Sequence record: SRR22947725_499
Length of the DNA: 52,806 nucleotides
Reading direction: 5' to 3' (one strand)
How positions within the stretch are numbered: position 1 is the first letter of the stretch; the number at the start of each line of letters is the position of its first letter. Under the pieces are notes generated by a model. It was given only the letters and a program-made list of their open reading frames with translations. It ran no database searches and had not been told where the DNA came from. Shown here piece by piece: positions 40,191 through 50,833 of the stretch. A program made the translations under genes and the position numbers.

Positions 40191-41636
40191 ATGGCATACA
40201 CAGAAGAAGAATTAAAAAAGGAGCTCGAAACCAAAGAGTACGAATATGGTTTTTATACGGATATCGATTCCGACACCTTTCCTATTGGATTAAGTGAAGA
40301 TGTTGTTCGTGCGATCTCTAAGCGCAAAAACGAGCCCAACTGGATGACGGAATGGCGTCTTGATGCCTATGAAAAATTCCTGAAAATGGAAGAACCCGAC
40401 TGGGCCAATGTTACCTACAAAAAACCAGATTTACAAAGCATCTCTTACTATTCAGCGCCCAAATCGCAAGTAAAATATGATAGCCTTGATGAGGTAGATC
40501 CAGAGCTACTTAAAACTTTTGAAAAACTAGGCATTTCGTTAGAAGAGCAAAAAAAACTGGCTGGTGTTGCCGTTGATATTGTAATGGATTCTGTTTCAGT
40601 TGCAACAACTTTCAAAGACACCTTGGCCGAAAAAGGGATTATTTTCTGTTCCATTTCTGAGGCAATTAAAGAACATCCTGAATTGGTAAAAAAATACATT
40701 GGTTCTGTAATTCCACGTACCGATAACTACTATGCTGCATTAAACTCTGCTGTGTTTTCCGATGGGTCATTTTGTTATATTCCAAAAGGAGTGCATTGCC
40801 CAATGGAGCTAAGTACGTATTTCCGCATCAATCAAGCGGGGACGGGGCAATTCGAGCGCACCCTAGTTATTGCTGACGAGGGTAGTTATGTAAGTTATTT
40901 GGAAGGCTGCACTGCACCTGCACGTGATGAAAATCAGCTGCACGCAGCCGTAGTTGAGCTTATTGCTCTTGACGATGCCGAAATAAAATATTCAACGGTA
41001 CAAAACTGGTTTCCTGGAGATAAAGACGGAAAAGGCGGCGTCTTCAATTTTGTAACCAAGCGTGGTATTTGCCATGAGCGTGCTAAAATTTCTTGGACTC
41101 AAGTAGAAACGGGTTCTGCAGTAACATGGAAATATCCTTCGTGTATCTTAAAGGGTAATGACAGTATTGGAGAGTTTTATTCTATTGCATTAACCAACAA
41201 CTACCAACAAGCCGATACAGGCACCAAAATGATCCACTTAGGAAAACGTACCAAAAGCACGATAATTTCTAAAGGGATTTCGGCGGGGCATTCTCAAAAT
41301 AGTTACCGTGGCTTGGTAAAAGTGGGCGCAAATGCAAAAAATGCACGAAACTTTTCGCAATGTGACTCGCTACTTATGGGCAACAGCTGTGGCGCACACA
41401 CCTTCCCTTACATTGAAGCAAAAAGTAAAACAGCCAAGATTGAACACGAGGCCACAACAAGTAAAATTGGTGAAGACCAAATTTTCTATTGCAACCAACG
41501 TGGAATAGATACCGAAAAAGCCATTGCGCTAATTGTAAATGGTTTTAGCAAAGAAGTCCTTAATAAACTACCAATGGAGTTTGCTGTGGAAGCTCAAAAA
41601 TTATTAGAAATTTCCCTAGAAGGTTCGGTTGGATAA
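40191..41636 (+). CDS. sufB: Fe-S assembly protein SufB
   Basis: [32 protein letters not shown]. Confidence 0.98.
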   Translation: MAYTEEELKKELETKEYEYGFYTDIDSDTFPIGLSEDVVRAISKRKNEPNWMTEWRLDAYEKFLKMEEPDWANVTYKKPDLQSISYYSAPKSQVKYDSLDEVDPELLKTFEKLGISLEEQKKLAGVAVDIVMDSVSVATTFKDTLAEKGIIFCSISEAIKEHPELVKKYIGSVIPRTDNYYAALNSAVFSDGSFCYIPKGVHCPMELSTYFRINQAGTGQFERTLVIADEGSYVSYLEGCTAPARDENQLHAAVVELIALDDAEIKYSTVQNWFPGDKDGKGGVFNFVTKRGICHERAKISWTQVETGSAVTWKYPSCILKGNDSIGEFYSIALTNNYQQADTGTKMIHLGKRTKSTIISKGISAGHSQNSYRGLVKVGANAKNARNFSQCDSLLMGNSCGAHTFPYIEAKSKTAKIEHEATTSKIGEDQIFYCNQRGIDTEKAIALIVNGFSKEVLNKLPMEFAVEAQKLLEISLEGSVG

Positions 41637-41647
41637 AATTTAGATGT

Positions 41648-41998
41648 ATGAAAGCTCCCTTATTAATTGTCACAATATTTCTCTTTGTTTCTTGTTCAAT
41701 GTCGCCGAAAAAAGGAACTAATGACCCCATGTTTAACGGCGAATTTCTATACTTGTCTGATGCTGCAGTTCTTAACACAGGATCCGAAATTTACGGCGTT
41801 GTTATCGACGAAAAAATGCATGCGTTAAACGAGTTGTGTTCTACCTTGAAAAGGGATGAATATGATATGATTCAAGTGTACATTAAAGGAATCGTAACAG
41901 ACAATCCAGAAGAAGACGGCTGGGAAAAAATTATTCGAATTACCTCAATCGACTCGATTGCTAACCCTGTCGATCGCTCAATTGTAAAACCTAATTAA
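41648..41998 (+). CDS. Hypothetical lipoprotein
   Basis: Lipobox LFVSC; 116 aa, tightly packed within the suf operon. Confidence 0.75.
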   Translation: MKAPLLIVTIFLFVSCSMSPKKGTNDPMFNGEFLYLSDAAVLNTGSEIYGVVIDEKMHALNELCSTLKRDEYDMIQVYIKGIVTDNPEEDGWEKIIRITSIDSIANPVDRSIVKPN

Positions 41999-42007
41999 AC
42001 CATACGA

Positions 42008-42754
42008 ATGCTAAGCATTGATAATTTACATGCCGGTTGTGAAGGCAAAACCATTCTCCAAGGAATAAATCTAGACGTAAAACCTGGTGAAGTACATGCC
42101 ATTATGGGGCCTAACGGTTCTGGAAAAAGCACGCTTTCTACGGTCATTGCCGGTCATGAGGAATACGAGGTCTCGCAAGGGTCTATCTTGTTTAATGGTG
42201 AAGATATTGCCGAACTAAGCGCAGACGAACGTGCCCATAAAGGCATCTTCTTATCGTTTCAATATCCGGTAGAAATTCCTGGTGTAACAGTTACAAACTT
42301 TATTAAAACGGCTATTAATCAAACCCGTAAAGCTCAAGGGCTTGAAGACATGCCCGCCAACGAGATGCTTAAGAAAATTCGAGAAAAGGCTGCCATGTTA
42401 GAAATCGATTCTCGTTTTTTATCACGCTCACTCAACGAAGGGTTTTCAGGTGGTGAAAAAAAACGAAATGAAATATTCCAAATGGCCATGCTTGAACCGA
42501 AACTTGCCATTTTAGATGAAACTGATTCTGGTCTTGATATCGATGCGTTGCGAATTGTTGCGAATGGCGTAAACAAGCTTAAAGGGGGAGAAAACGCTAT
42601 TGTCGTAATTACACATTACCAACGGCTATTGGATTATATCGTTCCCGATTTTGTACATGTACTACATGAAGGTAGAATTGTAAAGTCCGGAACGAAAGAT
42701 TTGGCACTTGAACTCGAAGAAAAGGGTTACGATTGGATAAAACAAGGAGCCTAA
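42008..42754 (+). CDS. sufC: Fe-S assembly ATPase SufC
   Basis: [26 protein letters not shown]. Confidence 0.98.
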   Translation: MLSIDNLHAGCEGKTILQGINLDVKPGEVHAIMGPNGSGKSTLSTVIAGHEEYEVSQGSILFNGEDIAELSADERAHKGIFLSFQYPVEIPGVTVTNFIKTAINQTRKAQGLEDMPANEMLKKIREKAAMLEIDSRFLSRSLNEGFSGGEKKRNEIFQMAMLEPKLAILDETDSGLDIDALRIVANGVNKLKGGENAIVVITHYQRLLDYIVPDFVHVLHEGRIVKSGTKDLALELEEKGYDWIKQGA

Positions 42755-44070
42755 TGGAACTTAAAGAAACATTATTGTCATCCTACATGGCCTTTGATGC
42801 GCAAGATGGTCCTCAACGCAAGTTGCAAGACCAGCGTGCTGATGCTATTGAAGTATTCGAACAGCAAGGGTTTCCAACCAACAAGGAAGAGGACTGGAAA
42901 TACACCTCTCTCCGTGCATTAACCAAAGGGGACTATTCTGTGTTTCCCAAGGAAGAAGTGAGTTTGAAACTCGAAGACGTTAAACAGTACATTCTACAAG
43001 ATGTCGATACCTATAAGATTGTTTTTGTTGACGGGATATATAACGCCTACCTCTCCGAAAAGACTCATGAAGGTGCAGACATTTGCCTTCTTTCCGCTGC
43101 ATTAACCAAGCGCAAATATGCGCCGATTATTAAAAAATATTTTAATCAAATTGCCGAAAAAGAAGCCTCGTTAACAGCACTCAATACTGCTTTTACAAAT
43201 GAAGGTGCTTTTATTTATGTGCCTGAGGGAAAACAAGTTGAAAAACCCGTTCAAATAATACACTTCGCTACCAGCAAAAACCCGAAACTATTATTGCAAC
43301 CTCGCAACCTTATTGTTTTAGAAAAAAATGCTGAATTGCAGGTTGTAGAGCGTCATCAAAGTTTAAGTGATAATACCACCTTTACCAATGTAGTAACGGA
43401 AATTTTTACTGAACAAAATGCCCAACTAGATTACTACAAAATTCAAAACGATCAATCGCAAGCGTCACTTATTGATAGCACGTATATTGCTCAACAAAAA
43501 CACAGTCACGCCAAGGTACACACGTTTTCACTAGGTGGAAAGTTGATTCGTAACAACCTAAATTTTTATCACAAAGCTCCTGAGATTATTTCCACAATGA
43601 AAGGAATAACTCTGATTGAGGGGGAGCAGTTTGTAGATCATCACACACTAGTACACCACGCGCATCCTAATAGCGAAAGCCATCAAGACTACAAAGGCAT
43701 ATATGCTGAAAAGGCAACGGGAATTTTTAATGGTAAAATAGTCGTTGAAAAAGAAGCGCAGAAAACAAATGCATTCCAAAAAAACAACAATATTTTGATG
43801 GATGACAAGGCGAGTATAAACACGAAACCGCAGCTTGAGATTTTTGCTGATGATGTAAAGTGTAGCCACGGCTGTACCATTGGACAACTTGACGAGGATG
43901 CCCTCTTTTACCTTCAAACACGTGGTATTCCCAAAAAAGAAGCACGTGGATTACTGACTTATGCCTTTGCCAACAACGTGTTGCAAAGCGTACAAATAGA
44001 CTCCGTTAAAAAGCGCATCAATAAATTGATTGCCGAAAAGTTGGGGGTAAATATTGGATTTGATGTTTAA
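42754..44070 (+). CDS. sufD: Fe-S assembly protein SufD
   Basis: EEDWKYT, KPQLEIFADDVKCSHG; ATG overlaps the sufC stop. Confidence 0.96.
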   Translation: MELKETLLSSYMAFDAQDGPQRKLQDQRADAIEVFEQQGFPTNKEEDWKYTSLRALTKGDYSVFPKEEVSLKLEDVKQYILQDVDTYKIVFVDGIYNAYLSEKTHEGADICLLSAALTKRKYAPIIKKYFNQIAEKEASLTALNTAFTNEGAFIYVPEGKQVEKPVQIIHFATSKNPKLLLQPRNLIVLEKNAELQVVERHQSLSDNTTFTNVVTEIFTEQNAQLDYYKIQNDQSQASLIDSTYIAQQKHSHAKVHTFSLGGKLIRNNLNFYHKAPEIISTMKGITLIEGEQFVDHHTLVHHAHPNSESHQDYKGIYAEKATGIFNGKIVVEKEAQKTNAFQKNNNILMDDKASINTKPQLEIFADDVKCSHGCTIGQLDEDALFYLQTRGIPKKEARGLLTYAFANNVLQSVQIDSVKKRINKLIAEKLGVNIGFDV

Positions 44071-45289
44071 AACAGCTTTGGACGTATCGCGTATAAGAAG
44101 TGATTTCCCCATTTTACATCGTCAAGTAAATGGGCAAGATTTAGTGTATTTAGATAATGCGGCAACTTCACAAACTCCACTCCCAGTAATAGATGCTATT
44201 AGCGATTATTACAAGCATACAAACGCCAATATCCATCGCGGTGTACACGCGCTAAGTCAAGAGGCTACCGATCAATTTGAACAAGCCCGTCAAAAAATTC
44301 AAGTGCATGTCAATGCTGCACACGCCCATGAAATTATTCTTACTTCAGGGACCACACACGCCATCAATCTTGTTGCAAGTGGTTTTACTTCACTGCTTCA
44401 AAAAGGGGATGAGTTAATCGTTTCGGCATTGGAGCACCATGCCAATATTGTACCGTGGCAAATGCTTTGCGAACGCACAGGAGCTAAACTTCTCGTCATT
44501 CCTATGACCGAGAACGGCACCCTTGATATGGAGGCTTATAAGGTGCTATTAAGCAGTCGAACAAAAGTGGTGTTTGTGAACCATGTTTCTAATGCCTTGG
44601 GGATAATCAACCCTATTGAATCCATTATATCACAAGCCCATGATGTAGGTGCTGCAGTTCTTATTGATGGTGCTCAAGCCACACCACACATGGTGCCAGA
44701 TGTGCAAGCCTTAGATGTGGAATTTTATACAACATCAGCACATAAAATTTGTGGGCCAACAGGAATTGGGATGTTGTATGGCAAAGAGGAATGGCTTCGC
44801 AAACTTCCGCCATACCAAGGAGGGGGCGAAATGATTGATCAAGTAACTTTTGAAAAAACTACCTACGCAGATTTACCCCATAAATTTGAAGCCGGTACTC
44901 CTAACATTGCTGGCGGAGTAGGCTTTGGTGCTGCTATTGACTATATGCAGGGAATTGGCTTTGATGCTATTGCTGCTCATGAAAACGATTTGTTACAATA
45001 TGCAACTGAGAAACTCAAGTGCATCGAGGGCTTACATATTTACGGCGATGTTACTCATAAAGTAGCTGTTATTTCATTTAATATAGCCGGTATTCATCCC
45101 TATGACATAGGTACATTGCTCGATAAAATGGGAATTGCAGTTCGAACAGGACATCACTGCTGCCAGCCCATTATGGACTACTACAAAATTCCTGGAACCA
45201 TACGCGCCTCTTTTGCTTTTTATAATACTCACGAAGAAGTAGAACGCTTTGTAGCGGGTGTAGAAAAGGCCGTTGATATGTTGCGTTAA
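44063..45289 (+). CDS. sufS: Cysteine desulfurase SufS
   Basis: YLDNAATSQ, SAHKICGP, RTGHHC. Confidence 0.96.
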   Translation: MFKTALDVSRIRSDFPILHRQVNGQDLVYLDNAATSQTPLPVIDAISDYYKHTNANIHRGVHALSQEATDQFEQARQKIQVHVNAAHAHEIILTSGTTHAINLVASGFTSLLQKGDELIVSALEHHANIVPWQMLCERTGAKLLVIPMTENGTLDMEAYKVLLSSRTKVVFVNHVSNALGIINPIESIISQAHDVGAAVLIDGAQATPHMVPDVQALDVEFYTTSAHKICGPTGIGMLYGKEEWLRKLPPYQGGGEMIDQVTFEKTTYADLPHKFEAGTPNIAGGVGFGAAIDYMQGIGFDAIAAHENDLLQYATEKLKCIEGLHIYGDVTHKVAVISFNIAGIHPYDIGTLLDKMGIAVRTGHHCCQPIMDYYKIPGTIRASFAFYNTHEEVERFVAGVEKAVDMLR

Positions 45290-45305
45290 TCCGTATCTTT
45301 ATCCT

Positions 45306-45728
45306 ATGAGTATTACTGAAAAACAACAGGAAATTGTAGCTGAATTTGCCCTCTTTGACGACTGGATGCAACGCTACGAATATATGATTGAACTTGGGAA
45401 GTCTTTACCGCTAATTTCACCTGAGTACAAAAACGATGATCATATCATAAAAGGGTGTCAAAGCAAGGTTTGGGTACACGCAACACTAGACGATGATAAA
45501 ATTGCTTTTACCGCAGATAGTGATGCCATAATTACAAAGGGGATTATTGCGATACTTATTCGAGTTTTTTCAAACCAACATCCAAAAGAAATTTTAACTT
45601 CCGAAACTGGGTTTATAGACGAAATTGGGCTAAAGGAACACCTTTCGCCTACGCGTGCCAACGGTTTGGTTTCAATGATAAAACAATTAAAAATGTACGC
45701 TCTTGCGTACCAAACACAACTTTCATAA
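45306..45728 (+). CDS. sufE: SufE sulfur acceptor
   Basis: IKGCQSKVW, ADSDA, LSPTRANGL. Confidence 0.95.
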   Translation: MSITEKQQEIVAEFALFDDWMQRYEYMIELGKSLPLISPEYKNDDHIIKGCQSKVWVHATLDDDKIAFTADSDAIITKGIIAILIRVFSNQHPKEILTSETGFIDEIGLKEHLSPTRANGLVSMIKQLKMYALAYQTQLS

Positions 45729-45730
45729 GC

Positions 45731-46042
45731 ATGGACACAGCAGCATTAGGAGACAAAATTGTACGGGTGTTAAAAACCATTTTTGACCCAGAAATCCCAG
45801 TTGATATTTACGAACTCGGTCTCATCTATGACGTTTTTGTCAATGAAGACAATGACGTTAAAATACTCATGACACTTACCACGCCAAACTGTCCGGTAGC
45901 AGAATCTTTACCGCAAGAAGTAAAAGAAAAAGTCCGTTCGCTAGACGAGGTAAACGAAGTTGAATTGGAGCTAACCTTCGATCCGCCTTGGACACGTGAT
46001 TTGATGAGTGAAGAGGCACAACTCGAACTCGGATTTTTATAA
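45731..46042 (+). CDS. DUF59/SufT-like Fe-S maturation protein
   Basis: DPEIPVDIYELGLIY, TLTTPNCP, FDPPW. Confidence 0.92.
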   Translation: MDTAALGDKIVRVLKTIFDPEIPVDIYELGLIYDVFVNEDNDVKILMTLTTPNCPVAESLPQEVKEKVRSLDEVNEVELELTFDPPWTRDLMSEEAQLELGFL

Positions 46043-46548
46043 TGGCTGATCTGATTGTTAATCGCGTTGCAAATAGTACGCTTCAAGTGATTGACTTGGA
46101 GGACTTGTACCAAGATGGAACCCGAACATTATTGTCTATTACTCCTTTTTTGGATGACGGCATCGTATTGCGTGAAAAAGCGTTTAGAGAACGCTTAAAG
46201 AACCACAACTGGACAGCATACCAAAACCATTTCGTAGCAATTGATTGTCCTAAAGATATTATCGTGCCACAATGGGCCACACTACTTATGGTAACCTATT
46301 TACAACCATTGGTAAAAAAAGTTGTCGTGGGAAGCTTGGAGACCTTGGAACAACAACTTTATTCAGAAACGCTTTTTGCTTTTGACACAACCCCCTACCA
46401 AAATGGGTTGGTCATGATAAAAGGATGTTCCAATAAGCCCGTACCCCAACTAGCATTGGGAATGTTAGCAGAGATATTAATCCCAATTGTACGCAAATTA
46501 TCATACGGAGAAGCATGTTCTTCTGTACCTTTATATAACAAATCTTAA
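46042..46548 (+). CDS. DUF2480-family protein
   Basis: IVNRVANS, IKGCS, YGEACSSVP. Confidence 0.85.
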   Translation: MADLIVNRVANSTLQVIDLEDLYQDGTRTLLSITPFLDDGIVLREKAFRERLKNHNWTAYQNHFVAIDCPKDIIVPQWATLLMVTYLQPLVKKVVVGSLETLEQQLYSETLFAFDTTPYQNGLVMIKGCSNKPVPQLALGMLAEILIPIVRKLSYGEACSSVPLYNKS

Positions 46549-46557
46549 AATACGCAC

Positions 46558-47445
46558 ATGAGAAACCCATTTTTTCTCCTATTAACAATACTTATTTCCG
46601 CCACACTTTATGCCCAAACGGATTCCATTCAAACGCCAGAACAAGATTGGAAAAGAGGGGGTGATGCAAAATTATTATTCAACCAGTCTGCTTTTAGTGA
46701 ATGGGCATCAGGGGGTCAAAATAGCATTTCGCTTAGCTTTCATATGGACTATGATCTTAGCTACAAGAAAAACGGTTGGAATTGGGATACTAAGTTTCTT
46801 GGAGATTTTGGTTTGACTAAAATCAGTGGAAGTAAGTTTGTGAGAAAAACAAACGACCGCTTTGATCTACAATCCTTTCTAGGGAAAAACTTCTCGGAAC
46901 AATGGAGTTACTCTACGGTTTTCGGGGTTAAAACGCAGTTTGCACGTGGCTATCAATATGGTGAAAATGAGGATGGCAATGAAATCCGTTCGTTGAGAAC
47001 CCATTTTTTCTCACCTGTATATGTTCAACTAGGTGTGGGGTTGTATTGGAAAAAATCCAAAAACCTTTGGGTAAACATTGCGCCTTTTACGCAACGACTT
47101 ACGTTGGTTAGTAGAAAGTTTACTATGGATTTAGAGGAAGGTAAAGAGTATTTTGGAGTACGTAAAGGAGATAACCACCGTTTTGAACTAGGAGCATCCG
47201 TTAATGCGTTTTATAAGTTTTCCCCTATGGAAAACATGACGCTTGAACAGCGTCTTGGTTTGTATTCAGATTATTTGGATAAAGCAAAAAACGTGGATAT
47301 GGACTACCAAGTTGCTGCAGAGCTAAAAGTAAATGACCATGTGTCTACCAATATCATTTTTCAATTGGTGTACGACGACAATGCAGTGCAACGCTTACAG
47401 GTCCGTGAGGTTTTTGGCGTAGGGGTCAGAATGACCCTTCAATAA
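46558..47445 (+). CDS. DUF3078-family outer-membrane protein
   Basis: FNQSAFSEWASGG, RKTNDR, YDDN, QVREVFGVG. Confidence 0.85.
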   Translation: MRNPFFLLLTILISATLYAQTDSIQTPEQDWKRGGDAKLLFNQSAFSEWASGGQNSISLSFHMDYDLSYKKNGWNWDTKFLGDFGLTKISGSKFVRKTNDRFDLQSFLGKNFSEQWSYSTVFGVKTQFARGYQYGENEDGNEIRSLRTHFFSPVYVQLGVGLYWKKSKNLWVNIAPFTQRLTLVSRKFTMDLEEGKEYFGVRKGDNHRFELGASVNAFYKFSPMENMTLEQRLGLYSDYLDKAKNVDMDYQVAAELKVNDHVSTNIIFQLVYDDNAVQRLQVREVFGVGVRMTLQ

Positions 47446-47525
47446 TACTTTTACTCGCCTAAAACGTCTTTACTGTCTGTTTTTTTTTTTGTATATTTAA
47501 CATTCCCCATTTAACTCATTAACAA

Positions 47526-48398
47526 ATGAAAAACTACTTATGGATACCCCTATTTTTTGGTACACTAATCTTTGCACAAACAGAAGAATCAATCAACAAC
47601 TGGAACAAAAGCGGAAAGGCTTCGTTGCTGTTCAACCAAGCTACATTTAGCAATTGGGTATTGGGCGGAGAAGATAATGTTTCCCTAAATTTTATTGCTG
47701 ACTACACATTCAATTACAAAAAAGAAACTTGGACATGGGACACGACCTTTTTATTGGACTACGGATTTGCTAAAAATAGCGGGAGTTCATTTTATAAAAA
47801 GACCAGTGATCGGTTTGAAATACAATCCTTGTTGGGAAAGCGTTTTGCCAAGCTCTGGAGCTACTCGGCATTTTTGGGCTTTAAAACACCTATTACAAAT
47901 GGATATGCGTACAGTATCGATTAAAATGGCGATGAATCCCGCATAAAAACCGCAGGTCTTTTATCCCCCGCCTATCTCCAATTTGGATTAGGAGTAAGCT
48001 GGAAAGAAACAGATGATTTATGGGTTAATATTGCGCCGATAAGTCCGCGAATTACGTTTGTAAACAAAACTTTTACTGAAAAATTGAGCGCTAACGAATC
48101 TTATTTTGGCGTCGATCAAGGCAAGAGTTCTCGCTTTGAGCTAGGTCCTTCAATAAATGGATATTGGCTTTGTGCAGTATTCGAAAACGTTACTCTAGAG
48201 CATCGGTTGGGACTTTATACAAACTACTTTGAAAAGATTAAAAATGTGGATTTGGACTATCAAGCAACGCTCAACTTAAAAGTGAATAAGCACATCTCTG
48301 CTAATGTTATTGTACACCTGCTTTATGATGATAATGCGGTTCAAGAGTTACAAGTCCGTGAAGTGTTTGGTGTTGGAATACAAATGGAATTGAAGTAG
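47526..48398 (+). pseudogene. Second DUF3078 paralog with a single in-frame TAA (47922-47924)
   Basis: ORFs 47526-47924 and 48084-48398 share a frame; the intervening codons (LLSPAYLQFGLG..LWVNIAP) align with the upstream paralog. Confidence 0.85.
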
Positions 48399-48404
48399 TA
48401 TGTA

Positions 48405-49616
48405 CTACTGCTCAATTTCAATTTCGGGGTATAAAAAGTGATTGTACGGAAAACGTGTGATATGTAACTCACGTACTTTCTGATATAATCGATTCCGAAA
48501 AGCATCCATGTGCTGTTTTTTTATAGCAGATACGAAAACGGCATCGCCTTGGGTTTTTGCCATCCATGTTTCTTTCCACTCTTCTAGGCTGTAGTGTGCG
48601 CTACCGCGCTCTATCATTAAATCGGTTTCATCAAAATCCTCAGCTTTGTAGGCGTCTATTTTATTAAATACCATAAGGGTGGGTTTGTCCTGTACCTTAA
48701 GTTCGGCAAGTAGCTCATTAACAGAGCTTATATGTGCCTCAAAATGCGGATGAGCAATATCAACAACGTGTAATAATAAATCTGCTTCGTGTACTTCGTC
48801 TAATGTGCTTTTAAAACTCTCTACCAACTGAGTTGGTAGCTTTCGAATAAACCCAACAGTATCGGACAACAAAAACGGAAGATTGCCTACAACTACTTTA
48901 CGAACCGTAGTATCTAAAGTGGCAAACAGTTTGTTTTCAGCAAACACATCGCTCTTACTGAGTACGTTCATTAAGGTCGATTTACCTACGTTGGTATAGC
49001 CCACTAAAGCTACACGAATCAATGAACCACGATTTCCTCGTTGGGTTGCCATTTGACGGTCTATGGTTGTAAGCTTCTTTTTAAGCAAGGAAATTTTATC
49101 ACGAACAATACGGCGATCCGTTTCTATTTCGGTCTCTCCAGGTCCTCGCATTCCAATACCCCCTTTTTGTCGTTCCAAGTGTGTCCAAAGGCCTTTTAGG
49201 CGCGGGAGTAGGTACTGATATTGTGCCAATTCTACTTGTGTCCGCGCATAACTCGTTTGGGCGCGCTGCGCAAAAATATCAAGGATAAGTCCAGTACGGT
49301 CGAGGATTTTACATTTGAGTAATTCTTCGATGTTTGCTTGTTGGGCTGGTGTAAGTTCGTCGTCAAAAATAACCGTGCTTACATCGTTGGCTTTTACGAA
49401 GGCTTCCACTTCTTCAATTTTTCCACTGCCTATAAACGTTTTAGGATGCGGCGTTTCAAGCTTTTGAGTATAGCGTTTAAGGACCTTGGCCCCTGCGGTT
49501 AGGGTCAAGAATTCAAGCTCGTCCATGTAGTCGCTGACCATCTTTGCGGTTTGTTCTTGGGTAATAATTCCAACAAGTACTGCGTATTCGTATTCGTGTT
49601 TTTTATGTTCAAGCAT
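48405..49616 (-). CDS. hflX: GTPase HflX
   Basis: GPGETEIETDRR, GYTNVGKST, LFATLDT, DTVGF, NKID. Confidence 0.97.
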   Translation of the reverse strand: MLEHKKHEYEYAVLVGIITQEQTAKMVSDYMDELEFLTLTAGAKVLKRYTQKLETPHPKTFIGSGKIEEVEAFVKANDVSTVIFDDELTPAQQANIEELLKCKILDRTGLILDIFAQRAQTSYARTQVELAQYQYLLPRLKGLWTHLERQKGGIGMRGPGETEIETDRRIVRDKISLLKKKLTTIDRQMATQRGNRGSLIRVALVGYTNVGKSTLMNVLSKSDVFAENKLFATLDTTVRKVVVGNLPFLLSDTVGFIRKLPTQLVESFKSTLDEVHEADLLLHVVDIAHPHFEAHISSVNELLAELKVQDKPTLMVFNKIDAYKAEDFDETDLMIERGSAHYSLEEWKETWMAKTQGDAVFVSAIKKQHMDAFRNRLYQKVRELHITRFPYNHFLYPEIEIEQ

Positions 49617-50367
49617 CTAAGGAGGTAAGGCTAAGGTTTTCGCCGTCAAATACAGCATACGTATTGTATTCAATCCAATCGCCTAGGTTTATATAGCGTG
49701 AATTTTTAGGTAACTCAATGTCTAGTGGCAGGTGACGGTGTCCAAACACAAAATAATCCATGCCTTGGGTCTCTAATTTTTTTCTGCAAAAATGTACCAG
49801 CCATTCGCTATCCGGGCCGTTGTACACTTTATCCTCATCGCCAGAAATCAATCGGTTTTTTAGGGACAAGTGTTGCGCAATACGAAGCCCTAAATCAGGA
49901 TGAATCCAACGGTATACCCATTGATTAAACCGATTACTAAGCATTTTTTTCATGCGCTTATAGCCCTTATCGCCTGGGCCTAACCCATCACCATGGCCGA
50001 TAAAAAACGTTTTATCATTAAGTGTAATTTGTTGGGGTTCATAAAAAACAGGGATTCCCAGTTCTTCCTGAAAGTAGTTTTTCATCCACATATCGTGGTT
50101 GCCAACAAAGAAATAAATCGGAATACCACTGTCTGTAAGTTCAGCCAGCTTCCCTAATACGCGAACAAAGCCTTTAGGAACAACACGCTTATACTCTATC
50201 CATAGATCAAATAAATCGCCCATTAAGTAAATGGCGGCGGCATCATGTCTTATGCTGTCAAGCCAAGCGACAAACTGCTTTTCTCGAATGCGACTTGCCG
50301 CAGCGTTGGGTGCTCCAAGATGGTTGTCGGATGCGAAGTAAACGTTTTTACCCTTGGGTATATTCAT
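49609..50367 (-). CDS. UDP-2,3-diacylglucosamine diphosphatase (LpxH-like)
   Basis: SDNHLG, GDLFD, GNHD, HGDG, GHRH, NLGDW; start placed at MNIPKGK. Confidence 0.88.
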   Translation of the reverse strand: MNIPKGKNVYFASDNHLGAPNAAASRIREKQFVAWLDSIRHDAAAIYLMGDLFDLWIEYKRVVPKGFVRVLGKLAELTDSGIPIYFFVGNHDMWMKNYFQEELGIPVFYEPQQITLNDKTFFIGHGDGLGPGDKGYKRMKKMLSNRFNQWVYRWIHPDLGLRIAQHLSLKNRLISGDEDKVYNGPDSEWLVHFCRKKLETQGMDYFVFGHRHLPLDIELPKNSRYINLGDWIEYNTYAVFDGENLSLTSLDA

Positions 50368-50383
50368 GTTGCAAAAGTACAAA

Positions 50384-50833
50384 TTACTGGTCGGAAGCGT
50401 ACCACTCCGCATAAGAAGTAGCCGTTTCTTGCAAACGCAAATGATGAAGTTGTATGTTTTTGGGGAGTTTAGCCTGAATTTTAGCGGAAAAATCAACAAC
50501 CATTTCTTCACTAGTAGGCTGGTAGTCAACGAGCAGCACCTTATGGCCATTCGCGGCAAGGGTGTTGGCAAGTTCAACATGCGGTGTATTTTGATTAAAC
50601 ACCGTCGCATGATCAAAAAGATCAACAATTTCCCCTTTTACTATTGTTTTTAAATCTTTAAAATCAATAACCATTCCGTACTTGACGTTGTTGGAATCGC
50701 TAATCGGCGAGCCGATGACCGTTACGTCGAGTTTGTAGCTGTGTCCATGAACGTTTTTGCATAGCCCGTCGTAGCCGTACAACGCATGGCCCGTTTCAAA
50801 GGTGAAACTTTTGGTTATTCGAATTGTACTCAT
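50384..50833 (-). CDS. queD: 6-carboxy-5,6,7,8-tetrahydropterin synthase
   Basis: CKNVHGHSY, MVIDF, FDHA, PTSE, QET. Confidence 0.88.
   Translation of the reverse strand: MSTIRITKSFTFETGHALYGYDGLCKNVHGHSYKLDVTVIGSPISDSNNVKYGMVIDFKDLKTIVKGEIVDLFDHATVFNQNTPHVELANTLAANGHKVLLVDYQPTSEEMVVDFSAKIQAKLPKNIQLHHLRLQETATSYAEWYASDQ

Noticed and set aside
47922-47924. Programmed readthrough or alternative genetic code
   Set aside because: TAA is the usual stop throughout the window and no recoding signal is evident.
50368-50628. Long N-terminal extension of the LpxH-like ORF
   Set aside because: It overlaps queD in another frame and the family motifs begin after 50367. The same reasoning applies to the extensions at 4117-4251, 20163-20216 and 25621-25743.
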